Translations under genes and position numbers: made by a program
Shown here: positions 50,172 to 62,262 of the stretch, one piece after another
Layout of the letters: the number at the start of each line of letters is the position of its first letter
Numbering within the stretch: the first letter of the stretch is position 1
Notes under the pieces: generated by a model
What the model was told of the DNA's origin: nothing
Seen by the model: the letters and a program-made list of their open reading frames with translations, nothing else
Databases searched by the model: none
Source: Marsupella aquatica
Lineage: Eukaryota; Plantae; Marchantiophyta
Assembly (NCBI GenBank): GCA_973895155.1
Contig: OZ316894.1
Coordinates: forward strand, 19,072,805 to 19,136,804
Length of the DNA stretch: 64,000 nt
Reading direction: 5' to 3'

Positions 50172-52061
50172 TCAGAACAAAGATTCTACCAGCTGCTGAC
50201 TGGTTAGACTGGATAGAGCACCGCCTCTTTTCCAGTCCCGTACATCAGCCTTTCTGTTGTGGTCGTTCATCGCTTTGAATGCAAGATGCTTGTAAGCAGA
50301 AAAGTAAGCCATTATATCTTCCGAACTTCTTGGCATAGACGCCAATTTCGATTCGATTTCAGACCTCAAAATGAATGCAAGCTTTCTGCAATGGTTCAAC
50401 TGTTCCAGGGAAGCGAAGGAGGATAAGTGGAACAAATCATGCTCAACGTCCTCGGGAAACTCCTGCCGTTGGGAGCCAGATACAGTTCATGGCATAAAGT
50501 CTTCGGTCGCCGAATATCTTATAGACGAGATGCAACCCAAATGCATCCTACACAGCATGGAAAAGTTTGATTGCACACCAGAAACTGTGCAATCAAAAAG
50601 TTCAAATGAGCTATCTGCGCGTGATTGTAGAAGTTTGTAATACTGTTTGAGTCGGCTCGAAAGGGGAGATGTGTTTACACTGTTCGACTCAGCGAGGAAA
50701 GTGGACACAATGGTCGACACTGCCCAACCATCGGAAAAGCACTCCACGTAAGCTCGAGATTTTCTGTTCCACAAACTATTTGCACGAACGGGCGACGGAG
50801 TTCTTCTCGTGGGGCCTTGTGTGGTCGTCGGGCCATCAGGTGGGCTGGATAGATTCAGCGAGGGTAAAGCTGGCTGGAAAGTACCGACAAGTAGAGGAAC
50901 CTTGAGATTCGGATCCTTTCAATGCTCTTTGAATCTTTATATCAATTTGATGAGGACGGCCCAGGACTTCTTTCCACATAGCGTCAATCATTGTGTCTGG
51001 CTCTTCGAGATTTCACTGCAGACTGTTTTTCTGAGATGTTGTTGACTGGCAAGTGAAGGCATGAGTGATCGCAATTGAAATTGCAGTAGTGTAACAGTAC
51101 TTTGGAATGGAGTCTATCACTTTAGATCCTTGCAGTACAGATTTGGTTGTGCATGTGATCGTTCCCAGCTGGACCCCATGATGTGTTTTCCCCTCTGAAG
51201 CCTGATTACATATTGCCTGGTATGATGTTTTTAGGTACAACACTTGACAAAAGGCAATCCAGGTGAGTCTGAGAAATGGTAAAGGTACTAAGGCTTGACA
51301 AAAGGCAATCCAGGTTTCCGTCGAGTCTGCTGAACTTTAAAAGCGGAAAGTCGATGAGCAAATCTGTACAGATTGGTGTGAATGATTTGAACAGTGGTCG
51401 ACTTTAACACTGATGATTAGCTAGCCGCATTGAATTTCTATCAATCAGTCTGAAGACCTCCCAAATTGATAGCACCTTGTCCAACACAATGATCATACCT
51501 TCCGGACAGGGACCTGAACAAGGAGCAAGGCAAAACAAATCTGTAGTGCCTTCTGGTCTTGCTTATCTGTCATGTTCTCCTCATTCTACCCACTGTGTAA
51601 GCGGGGAATTTGAAGGGAAACAGCACCGCGGTTATTGTGGATAATGGATCTTTCAAGTGGTCCTCAGACAGCTGCCACTCGCTAACATTTACAATCAAAG
51701 GGAGGGAGGCACTGTCGGGGCTACAAAGAGATATGTTCCCTCCTATCTGCTTGGAGGGATGTTCGTTCATAATATATCTATTTCTAACTTGCTGATTCGG
51801 AAGTTGACCACACTTGAGCCTCCCAAATTAAGGGTGAGACGTTGTACTCATATCCCCAGCGGTGATTGAAGGTCGGAGTTCTTGAGAGAAATAGTTGAAG
51901 GCTCTCAAAACAATCCCGAGGGAAGAGAAAGACACGTATCTCTGAAAACCAATAACAGCTTCTGGAAACCAAAACGGCGGTAACCCTTTCGATCTCGCCT
52001 GCAAATACTGGACTGTCTCCTCAATGACAGCCGGGGCAGAGATGAAAGAACTAATTCTCAT
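50172..52061 (-). pseudogene. Possible multi-exon gene or pseudogene of unknown function
   Basis: A chain of minus-strand ORFs (51784-52061, 51570-51770, 51013-51243, 50487-50774, 50172-50435), some collinear in one frame across single stops. There is a phase-consistent GT..AG intron candidate at ~50764-50882 joining ..GSSTC-R-KSRAYV.., and CpG is retained. No family recognised. Confidence 0.35.
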
Positions 52062-52690
52062 GGTGACGAAACCCTATCACGCGTTTGGCACAGAAATGGA
52101 AGAATTAACAGAGGCAGAGTAAGTAGCTTGCAGAGAGTCAAACTAATCAACCACTCATTTGTGATGTGACGGACGCATTTTTTATGAATGTTTTCGAAAT
52201 GCCCGTCTGACACAATTCGTTGTCACAGTACTACTCAAAAGTAATTTCCATTTGAAAAGGTACCAAAAGTTTCAGCAGTCGGGGCCTCTCAGATACTCAC
52301 AGGTAGCTGCCGCGGCCTCATCGACCCTCAGTTGTGAAGTTTGACAATCATGAACTCAGAGTGCGTCAATAGTAGATGAACTACTTGGCGACACGACCCC
52401 ATTTATCATTTCGATTCAATGGCAGAGTTCTACCATCTTTCAGCATCCATCATTTAGGTTACGGCGACCTGCATGACGACGGCTTGCATGGAATAAAAGT
52501 GCGGATTCAATGTGGGACTTCTTTCACAGGCCATCCGTCATTCACCGCCTGTACTCGGGGTCCAGGTTTGAGTGACTGAATTTAGTTGCAGTTTTCGGGC
52601 GGTGACTGACCTTGTTTGTGGGCCATCCGAAAAGCTTTGCTCCAGTCTAGTTCTACCACCAAACGGATTTCAGGAAAGAAAACGATTCCT

Positions 52691-53240
52691 GAAAAGCCCC
52701 TTCCCATCGAAATGTGTACATCTGTTGTTCACCTTCCTTCATCTGACTGACTTTGTGTCATCACTCATCAGCTCGCGTGTCCTCACAATCCTCTCTCGGG
52801 AGATTGTTGGCTCTAGCAATTTGAAAAGCCCCTTGCCCATGCAAATGTGTACATCTGTTGTTCACCTTCCTCACCTGATTGAGTTTGTGCCCATCACTCA
52901 TCCGCTCGCTCTAGTTCGTGTATCCTCAAAATCCTCCTACGGAAGATTTGTTGGCTCTAGCAACTTGAATGGAAATTTGTACATCTGCTTTTCACGTTTC
53001 TTCCTTGTGTCTTCACTCATCGGCTCGCTCTATGGCATGTCCTCAAAATCCTCCTACGGAAGATTTGTTGGCCCTGTGAATAGAAAAAAGTGTACATCTG
53101 CTGTTCACCTTCTCTTCCCTTGTGTCATCACTCATCGCCTCGCTTTAGTGCGTGTGTTCTCAAAGTCCTCCTCAGGGAGATTTGTTGGCTTCTAGCAATT
53201 TGAATGTGAATGTTTAGATCTGCTACTCACCTCGTTTTCA
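52691..53240. repeat. Diverged tandem array, ~115-140 bp x4 plus a partial copy
   Basis: TGTACATCTG.TGTTCACCTT..TCACTCATC..TCCTCAAAATCCTC..AGATTTGTTGGC repeated. Confidence 0.88.
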
Positions 53241-53506
53241 CTGAGTGAGTTTTGGGGTGCTATTCTCCTTCTTTTCACTAGCTGAGTTTTGTGGTGTAGG
53301 TAACCCATGGCCTGGAGGGGGTTATGGGTTGTCATCCTAGAGGCTGTGAGCCCAAGGTGATAACCAGCCATGGCCCCCCAATGGTTAGCAAGCGTCAACC
53401 CCCTTGACCTTGTTTCACATAAGATTTTGAAATTTTGAGACTCGACGAGACTGGCTATGGATGATGAGACTTAGAACCCCCTGGAGGGCAGGCTGGCAAG
53501 GGGGTT

Positions 53507-53801
53507 AGGGCAAGGTTCCATGGGGCAGGGAGGGAGGAGTGCACATGTGAGTCGGCATGTTTGAGCCAATAAGTGTACAAATATGGTAGTAAGGAGTATG
53601 ATTTTCCCTCACATTCCCTGTTAAACTCTAGGGGCACCCCCTGCCCCTGTATAGTGGCAGTACAGTGAATTCTCATTGGCTCTAAAGTCAAAATTCATAC
53701 ATTTAAAATACTATGTACACATTGGCATATGGTGTATTGGCCCAGCGGGTGTCAGAGGGAGTGATCATACTCCCTTCCCCTGGCCCATGGAACCTAGCCC
53801 T
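53507..53801. mobile_element. MITE-like element, ~295 bp, with ~28-bp terminal inverted repeats
   Basis: AGGGCAAGGTTCCATGGGGCAGGG pairs with CCCTGGCCCATGGAACCTAGCCCT. An inner pair is GGAGTATGAT / ATCATACTCC. Confidence 0.55.
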
Positions 53802-56310
53802 GAAACTACAAAGGACCTGAGAGGACCTCCCCTGAAACTACAAGGGAAATGAGAGGAGGGGGTTAGCTCATCAGCTCACTCTGGTTTGTGTTCTCACAAA
53901 CCCACCTGCAGCACAGCTTAAGAAAAGGGAGAAGACGTTTAAACCACCTACAGAGATGGTCACAAACAATTCCAAACTTTGGCTCCTTCAAGGGACTTGT
54001 ATTTATTGAAAGTTCATTTTAAAAGATCTTTGGTATGAAGTCTAAGTTTAGTACAAGAAGTGGCCATCCAGTTTGCCTTGGTGAAGAAAGAATACAAGTG
54101 CCCTTAGTGCTTGGGGAAATTGGCAGTCCACTAATCTCCTCCCAAATGCCCAAATATTTCATTTTGTACAGGGATGCAATCTATATTTAACTCTTGTAAG
54201 ATACTCAAGACTCAGACTCTCCTATACCCTCACCCCTAGGCTTTTATAAGTTTTCTGACACACATCAACTACTAGATCGTCCTAGATAGGAAGAGAACCA
54301 TCAGATCTGCCATCAGTCTTCCTCACACATTTGGTATTAGGCAATCAAATGGTGACTCTCTTCCTTTGTAATGGGAGAAAGTCTCAGTCTAGAAGATTTT
54401 GACGCTTTAGGTATCGACTGTTCTACTCTCCTAGACATAAGGATCGTATATGTGAGGACTCTCTCTGGTACTTAGAAATCGACGTTCATTCTTCTAGACA
54501 TCTACAAAGAGAACATCAGAACTGGCGGTGGTTAGTGTTTGGCAAATTAATATCAAATAGGTTACTCCACAGTCTGGGTCTTGGACACCACGAATTTTCG
54601 CCAATTTCGCCAATTTTCGCCAATAAACCCTAAATCGTCATACTAGTCTTTAATGTGGGTAAAAACCAGAAGTGCTTTACAGGTGCATTGGGCGGGCAAC
54701 TATGAATCTCAAGTTCATGCACCCAGATGGATTCTCAAGCACGGCTTACTTTGGGTAGATTCGTTGAAAGTTTCAGCAACTGTCTTACGTTGTCTTTCGT
54801 GGCACAGCAAAGCCAGTTTGTCCGATCAACTTGTTCATTTCGCTGCCAGTGATGTCATATCTGTGATACTGTTATGCAATGTGGGTAGAAATCTCTGCTG
54901 GGAATCTTCTGAAGGAGGTGATCCAAATCTCGGGCACGAGAAAATCACTGAGCGTTAAGTATCTACACAGTGGACTTGTGGTACGTGAGAACTGTCCAGA
55001 TCGGGCAATTGCTCGTCTGGAGGTTCAGAAATGCACACATTAAAGTATAAGTGAGAGGTGCACACATTTCACGCTTCTCACGCAATTGTGATCTAATGGT
55101 TTCTTCCACTCTTATGCATTAATTTACGCAGTTTAATTAAGGGCCAAGATTACTGGTGGGATCCATTTTTAGCTGAAGATCTCCTTGCCTCAAGGTGATT
55201 GAGTGGTGATCTGCCCAGAGGTTTTACAGAGAGAATTACATTGAGGTTAATTTGATAATAGTTTTTTTTTTTTCTCTGACAGAATATGAAATACCGGATA
55301 ACTACAGTCGAATTGAATAATTTTGTGCACTTACTAAGGGTGCAATCCACCTACTTGCCCTGCCCTCACTAGCTCTTTCCAAAAACCTTTGCTATTAGCT
55401 TCATCGGATGAACTCCCGGAGTATCACCTCGCCAATTCCCCTCTTTTGAATGTGAGGTCAATAATGCTTACCCAATATAACAGAGTGATCAATAAGTTAA
55501 ACTATGTCTAATGGACATATCCCCCTATAACATATTTTGGGATTTTGGATATGTTGAGATCTGGTTTCACATATTGGTCAACTTCTCTTTAGGGGTTTTC
55601 AATAGTCAAAATTGTGATTGCTGGTTGATCCAGCTGTGGTCCTGCCCAGTCTTTTTATAGTTAGCAGGTTCTGAACTCAACTCACATAAAACATCTGTAC
55701 AACACGATGTGAAACCATCGTGGCAAGGCTCAATGTTAACGCGAAGGCAATTCCTCCTTTACCTGCTGCCTTCAAATCAATAGGCTCCTGCAGAACATCG
55801 ATAGATCACGTGAGCTCATCACAGCCCTCCGTCTACATTCGTTTGCATATTGACGGAGTCTCACAAAAAGCGAGCCTTCTTCTAGAGAGAAGTAGGAGAT
55901 TTACTAACGATAGCAAAGAGTCCTTCGAAATTGGATAATTGGATGGCCACTCATGGCATGGCCACCATACCCTTTTGGCAAATAACATAAAGCCAATTTA
56001 TTTAGCTACTGTACTCGTTGAAGTAAATGGACTCCAAAGTACATACCTCAACACCTGATGCTTCTTAGGTGCTAGACAAACTGTCATCATTGTCAAGATT
56101 TGCGCAAGTTGCCTTGCCATCATAATCCATGATAGTATTTACTTCCTGCGATGAGAATAGGTATTCCTGCAGAGAATTAAGTAATTCTCCGATCAGAATA
56201 GGGAAGCATCCTTCTATACCACGAGTGGCTCTCCTAATTCAACCGGGCAATCAATATAGCGATGAGACAATTTAAGCTCAGTACAGTTCTGTTGATGTCA
56301 TGCAAAATTT

Positions 56311-56766
56311 TCACATTACTATAGCATCATCCCATATACTCACCGAGTCTAGGCTTGGGAAAGAGCCCGTGAGATCTGGATAATCCGCATTTGGGTTCGT
56401 AACAAAGAGTTCATCCCCAAGGCAGCTCCCGAAATCGAAGGGGTCCATAATATGGGGCATCACCTCGTCACATATCAACCCGAGCACGTCCTCTTGAAAC
56501 TGCTGCTGTGACTCGTCTCCCAAAATTTGCTGAAACTGATGTGCTTCATGCTGCTCCGTTTCCATAGGGCTAATCCCCCCACCTACTTGGTTGTCAGTCT
56601 CATTTTGACATGACTTACCAGCAGACGTCGACACCTCTTCACAAGCACCGTAACATTCTTCGGAATAGCCTTCGGCATACAGAGCTGGATGGAGAGTTTT
56701 CATCATTGGAGGGAACTTTTGCCGCCCATTAGGAAAGCTAGTCCCCGCAGGCGTCACAGCCTGCAG
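56311..56766 (-). CDS. SOG1-like NAC gene, last exon (acidic C-terminal region)
   Basis: Acceptor tgaacag|CTGCAG, with an alternative AG 6 nt downstream. Open to TGA at 56311. Confidence 0.8.
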   Translation of the reverse strand: MQAVTPAGTSFPNGRQKFPPMMKTLHPALYAEGYSEECYGACEEVSTSAGKSCQNETDNQVGGGISPMETEQHEAHQFQQILGDESQQQFQEDVLGLICDEVMPHIMDPFDFGSCLGDELFVTNPNADYPDLTGSFPSLDSVSIWDDAIVM

Positions 56767-58299
56767 CTGTTCACAACGAGTAAACCATGTCACACAACGG
56801 ATAAACCCTATACCTGATTCCTACGTGTAAAATACGGGTCAGATATCCTGGAATGATGGAGCAGAGCATTGAGAAACAGCAGCAGATGGAGAAATGCAAG
56901 AAAGTAAGTACCTCGGTTGACGTTAGCTCTGAGGCGACAGCTGCTTGCCCTTCCATGCCAATCACAGTCTGCAAGGAAGTACGCTTTAGTATGATGCTCC
57001 GACCAAGAGTGTGAAACAATGATGAAATCCATGACTGGGTCTCCTGATAACTTACCAGCTCGGACCCTTTGCTCGATTGCGGCATCGTCTGGCCCCTCAT
57101 CTTTCCAGTTGCATCAGCTCTCAAAGTTCGAGGTCTTTGAGGTTTGTCCACCTTCGGTGTAGCTGGTGTTCCTCGTGATACCTCACTGATGCAAGTAACA
57201 CTAATCTCTTTGCTGCCTTGGTTCAAGTCCACGTTCTCCATTTCATTAGTATCATCAGGTTGCCGTCCTCCTGTACACTGCCTTGGCTGCTTTTGATAGA
57301 ACACTTTACAGACAACCAGCTCCCCGTCAGTTTCCTCCTCGGTTTCTCCGAGATGGTATTGATGGAGAATCCAGTTGGTCTTCTCAGGTTTCGATTTTTT
57401 CGCCCCGGTATTTCTGTACAAAACCATGATCTTCTTCCATCCCAAAGTTTGCCCGTTCTCGGATACTTTCCGAGTTTTGCCGGTCTTATGCCAGCGAGTC
57501 TCCACTCCTGGTTCGGCATCCTCCGAATGAATCTTCCTGCGCTTTCTAGTTCCCGTGGTGTAGGCTTTCGCAGGTCTGTGAAAAAAATGCTTGCTGCTCC
57601 CATCCTTCTTCATATCTGCACACACCAGTCAAATACTGCGTCAAATGATTGGACGACCGTCAGGTTTTCGCCGCGAACCACACTAGGAAGTGACTTCACC
57701 GAACTGATACTTTATAATACACAAGAAAAAACTAGAATAGCATATTTGCCGAAGGCAAGGACAAATCTTCAAAAGAGTCAAAACCTGGTAGACGCTTAGG
57801 GTGGACTCCACAAATTCCGTCCTCCCCATCTAGGACAAATATGAAATTGTTGATGAGGGGATGCGGTTTGCTGTTCCCATGTCCGGTCTGAGCCCTCAGG
57901 TGGTGCAGAAGCTCTTCATCAGTCGGCTCAAACTTCACACCATCTGGGAACGCGTCCAAGTTTCCCGCAGGTTCCTGAGTTGACACAAGATAGCAGATGA
58001 GGGCTTAGCATCCCACAACCGATCGCCATTTGTCTAAACCTGACTTTAGACCATCGACAAAGTTAGCCTGCAGTTGATTAGATGCAAGCAACTACAACGC
58101 AGCAGGAAATGATTGAGAATCACTGGACCTTCTGGTCCAACGAGGCGAGAGATCTCACCAATCTCGAGCCAAGACGTTGGCTGCATGACTCACAAGCTCG
58201 AGCTTCTCCCGAAACCGGCAAGATTTCTTGATCGCCCATACCAGTGTTGCATTGGTTTGTTGCATTCTCAACTAGTCTCGCCTTTCGGCGACTATCCAT
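56311..58299 (-). CDS. SOG1: SOG1-like NAC-domain transcription factor (SOG1/ANAC044/ANAC075 group), ~467 aa, 5 coding exons; orthology to SOG1 not established
   Basis: Exons 58299-58159, 57974-57785, 57615-57056, 56968-56912 and 56766-56311 are joined by GT-AG introns with consistent phases 0,1,0,0. Motifs: [13 protein letters not shown] plus CxxC N-terminal extension, [63 protein letters not shown], and acidic C-terminus [16 protein letters not shown]. Confidence 0.9.
56912..56968 (-). CDS. SOG1-like NAC gene, exon 4 ([19 protein letters not shown])
   Basis: Acceptor ccttgcag|ACT and donor GAG|gtactt; 57 nt, phase 0/0. Confidence 0.7.
57056..57615 (-). CDS. SOG1-like NAC gene, exon 3 (NAC subdomains C-E)
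   Basis: Acceptor gtgtgcag|AT and donor CTG|gtaagt; contains the NAC core motifs. Confidence 0.92.
57785..57974 (-). CDS. SOG1-like NAC gene, exon 2 (NAC subdomains A-B)
   Basis: Acceptor aactcag|GAA and donor CCAG|gtttt; encodes [15 protein letters not shown]. Confidence 0.9.
58159..58299 (-). CDS. SOG1-like NAC gene, first recognisable coding exon
   Basis: Acceptor ccctgcag at 58310-58311, ATG at 58299 and donor TTG|gtgaga. A tiny upstream coding exon cannot be excluded. Confidence 0.75.
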
Positions 58300-59814
58300 G
58301 ACACCCGTCCTGCAGGGAACAACATAAAACATCAGAAATCGCCTTCGAAGAACCAGCCCCGGATCAAATGCCACGAGCAACACGTCAGAGTTTTTCTTTA
58401 TCCCAAGCGGACTAGCTGCTCGTTCATTCATTCATCCACAGAAGTACGAATAGCTATACCTTGTAAATTCACCCGTCAGAAACAGTACTAAGACATCAAA
58501 CTAAGCCTCACTCGTTCCCCTACTTCTATCTCTCCCCTGCGAACTCCTTCCTTTGAGTCGTGCTCGAAGGCAGTCTCATGAGGTGTTGCACAAAGTACTC
58601 GACCTATCAATGCGTACCACCCACCTGACCAAGGTGGGCCTACAATCTATCGCCAACAGGGTAGGCTCAAGTCAAACGAGGAGCCTAAGGTCAAACTCTG
58701 GCTTCGACATAAACGGATACCTCGAGGTTATATCGCATTCCAGAACCTAATCTGCAGAATAAAGTTGTCCTACTTAGAAAGTTCGACAACCGAGCCACAG
58801 GATTACATTCGCCAGTCTCAACTGGAACTTATTAGGAACCGAGTGTGTGAATGTCCAGTCCTTCTCAGATCTTTCTCAGTGATATACAGTTCTTACAGCG
58901 GCTATCGGAAGGACTCCCGAATAGAATTATAAACTCATGTGGTCCCAGGACCCACCTTGGAATGGGCTGGGACACGATGAATTCTTCCACACCAGACGAA
59001 CCCGCATCCCGCATCGTAGGAGGCCTTTCTGCTCTATTTGCATTCGAATTTATAGATATTTCATTACTTCGGCGGACACATTCTCGATTTAAGCTTATCA
59101 GGAATCTCGGAGGACGGAGTGGAATGCAAGTAGAGGCAAGTTCGATCATTTCCAACCAGAGAACTCGAGAGAATGGATTATGTACAGAGACAAGTTCTAC
59201 CTTTCCGAAGCCCAAAACTTGAGAGAATGAAACTAGAGAGTATTCAGCGAGACCTAGAATTCATGACTGTCCCCTTCCAGACGACTAGACCCGGCCCGGG
59301 AAAACCACTCGCAGCTCTCTTTCAAAGCCTACCCTCCATTCCGCCAGCCCTCGTTCAGCAATCTCACAATCGACGACTCGAAGGGCTGCAGAAATCGGTG
59401 GTAGTTTTCTGAATGGCTGGCAGGGCATTATCTGCCAATCGAAGAATGACAACAGAGTCCTCGCCGCGATTGCATAACTACAGCGGGACCCACTTCCATA
59501 CCTATCCTTACTCGAGTCGAGCGATCACACCTCGGATTGTCACTAAACATCCATTCTCGTCAAGCAGTTCAATAGTTTTTTCGTTCAAGTCCCAACTCCC
59601 GAATTCTTCGACCCACAGAGACAATAAAGCTCCACTCGACCCTCCAAAGCTGGCACCACCTAGGGACTCTCAATCCTCCTCCTACTTCTCACACATTCAG
59701 CTCAAGATACGCTCAGCATCTCACAAGACGCGAAACCGGGACCTGGGACGCAAATCTACAGACACAACTGGCGTAAATCATCCGTTCAAAGACAGGCACA
59801 CACAGTCTTCTCAC

Positions 59815-60640
59815 CTTGAATCATACCTCGATTAAGCCCCACCTTCGCAGCAACCCCCAATCTTCTCCTCTTCTTATCCACCTCCTCCCAAGCTTACTTC
59901 GCTCCTTCCTTCTCTATTCCTCGAGGATCGCTCCCGGCCTCTCCACCACCATCAACGATGCCAATGAAGAAGAACGCCCCCTCTCCCCACTCCTCCTCCA
60001 CCCGAACCCAACACACTCGCGAGTGTTGCGTCGACGAAATACGGGTGGCTGTGTGGGGTTTAGGAGGAGCGGGATGCAGAGAAGGACTGCACCTCTACCT
60101 GCTGATCATGAGTCCATGAGCTCACTGTACACCTCGATCGACACCACTCAACACACACTCTCTTCCCTTTTCTTCAATCCTGCTCGATCCCACCCGCCAC
60201 GATCGAAGTGGCAGCAGCGCATTCAACACTCGGCACACTCGGCACTACAGCAGCAGCAGCGAAGAACGAAGAAAACAAGAGGAATATGTCTGAAGCCCAC
60301 AAGAAAAGTGGAGAGGGGAGAATCGAAGAAGGAGACTGACTTGACCGACTGAAAAGAGCGGGCAGGAGGGGGTGCCGGGGGAACGAGTAGCCGGTCCGAG
60401 CCTCCGAGGGCAGTGCGGGTACGGGAAGCCCGTCGGGGGGGGGCGGGGGGGGGGGGGGCGGGCGCAGCGGGGATGGCGGAATGCCCGCCCGCAGGATCGG
60501 GGTCAGCTTCGGGTCTGCACGCGACAGAGGCCGGGCTGCTCTTCCGGTCCTCGCGGAAGCGGATCTGGTAAAAAAATGACTAGAGATGATGAGCGAGAGA
60601 GACCGCGGTCAGCGGCACCACCGTCCATAGGCATGCAATT
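59815..60640 (-). promoter_or_regulatory. Probable 5' leader exon and GC-rich promoter of the NAC gene
   Basis: CpG-rich block with GA/CT-rich leader-like tracts and a candidate donor AAG|gtgaga at ~59814. Inferred from composition only. Confidence 0.4.
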
Positions 60641-60667
60641 TAAAATGTCTATTCTTTTCAGCGAGGG

Positions 60668-60856
60668 TGGGAATGTTACCTCTTAGAGTACATTTTGCTT
60701 CGTATTTCTATCCTATGGAAGGTGTGGGAATGTCACCTCGTAAACCCCTTAGAGTACTTTTTGCTTCGTATTTCTATCCTATGGAAGGTGTGGGAATGTC
60801 ACCTCGTAAACACCTTTTGAGTACTTTTTGCTTCGTGTTTCTATCCTATGGAAGGT
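60668..60856. repeat. Tandem repeat, 57-66 bp x3
   Basis: TGGGAATGT.ACCTC..GAGTAC.TTTTGCTTCGT.TTTCTATCCTATGGAAGGT at 60668, 60725 and 60791. Confidence 0.92.
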
Positions 60857-61799
60857 TATGAGACACTACTCTCCAGGTGAGCCATCGAACCGTGTGCCAG
60901 CCTGGCCCAGGGATGCTCAACTTTGACTGGGATTATCTCAGCTTGGGCATGGGTTACTTTACACATAAACCTTTCAAATACTTTTCTCTTTGGATTTCTA
61001 TGATAGGTTATAAGCCATAAATCCGCTGCCAGCCTGGCCTGGGGGTTATGAAATTTTGGTCCTCTGCCTAGCCCGTCTCAAGGGTTATCTAATTTCAGGC
61101 GCAACTTTTGAGTAGAAAATAAAGCAAAACTTCACTTGGGGTACTCAGGGGCCATTCTACTCTACATGTACATGGCTCTCGTAAGAAAGAGAAAATGCCA
61201 GGAATAATCCTTAACTGACTTTCCTGTAAAACCCAACAAAACATGAACCTTTTGATTGCTGTCTTTAACATATATAAGGCTCCTCTGTGAACTTCAAAAC
61301 ATCTCTAATACCTGTAGAAGCAGGTGTCAAAGTGTGTTGAACGTTCAATATGACCACCCACTATAATTGATCCATTTTCTCAACAACTTGATTTCACCTG
61401 GTGCTACAAACCAGACCAAATATCTACACATTTTCTCACTCATCCAACATTATGATCAAGTTGTTCTATGTCTTTCACACTCACTTCAAACAAACGTAGT
61501 CAAGAAGTCAAACAATTAGGGGAAGCATTTGGGAAGATGCTAAAATTTCCAGCAGATTTATTGATGCAATTAGAGGTCTGTATGTACTCCAGTAGAACTA
61601 GCATGCCTACTTGCAATAGAAGTGGCTTGAAGTCTTCTTTTCAAAGAGCCCAAGAAATCCTCTTGAAGTTGTCACATTAGAAAGTTAAGACTAGAGTAAG
61701 TCTGCTAGCCAACCTGATGTTCAACATCCCATATATGCTGCAGTCTCTGGGTTCAAGATCAGATTCCAGATTTTCAGTTTTTATCTTTCTTGTTTTGCA

Positions 61800-62262
61800 A
61801 ACTAATCAAACTTACTAACCTGCCCCTAAACTAAATTAATGACTAGGTTGCCCTCGTTTTGTATATGGGCTGGCCCAACCAGACCAGACTAACCTGAGAT
61901 GACACATAGTTTGTCTGGGGACACATGGACGCTACAATAGTTTGTCACAGCTAACACTATAGTTAATGAGGTGGACCAAAACACTATAGTGTATTTGCTT
62001 CTAGACACTAACTACACCTGCTTTCAGGCTTTCAGGCTTTCAGGTGAAAGTTTGATGGGGGTACCTGGTCCATGGTGAAGGTATGGTTGGAGGGGGGTTA
62101 GCAGCTGTGAATCACAAGCCCTCCATGTGTCTACAAACAAATTGCATGCCATCTCCAGTCAGTCTAGTCAAGTTAAGCCAACCAATAAATGAAATGGGGG
62201 CAACCTAGCTACTTAGTAAAGTAGTCTTTTGACCAATTTTGGGGACAAAATGATGTTAAAAA
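61800..62262. mobile_element. Degenerate relative of the 22.4-23.1 kb foldback element
   Basis: CTAGGTTGCCC (~61843) pairs with GGGCAACCTAG (~62198). The same motif and flanks occur in both arms of the 22.4-23.1 kb element. Confidence 0.45.

Noticed and set aside
52572-53195. 207-aa ORF
   Set aside because: It is a read-through of a tandem repeat with internally repeated peptides.
57218-57799. 193-aa plus-strand ORF
   Set aside because: It is the antisense shadow of NAC exon 3.
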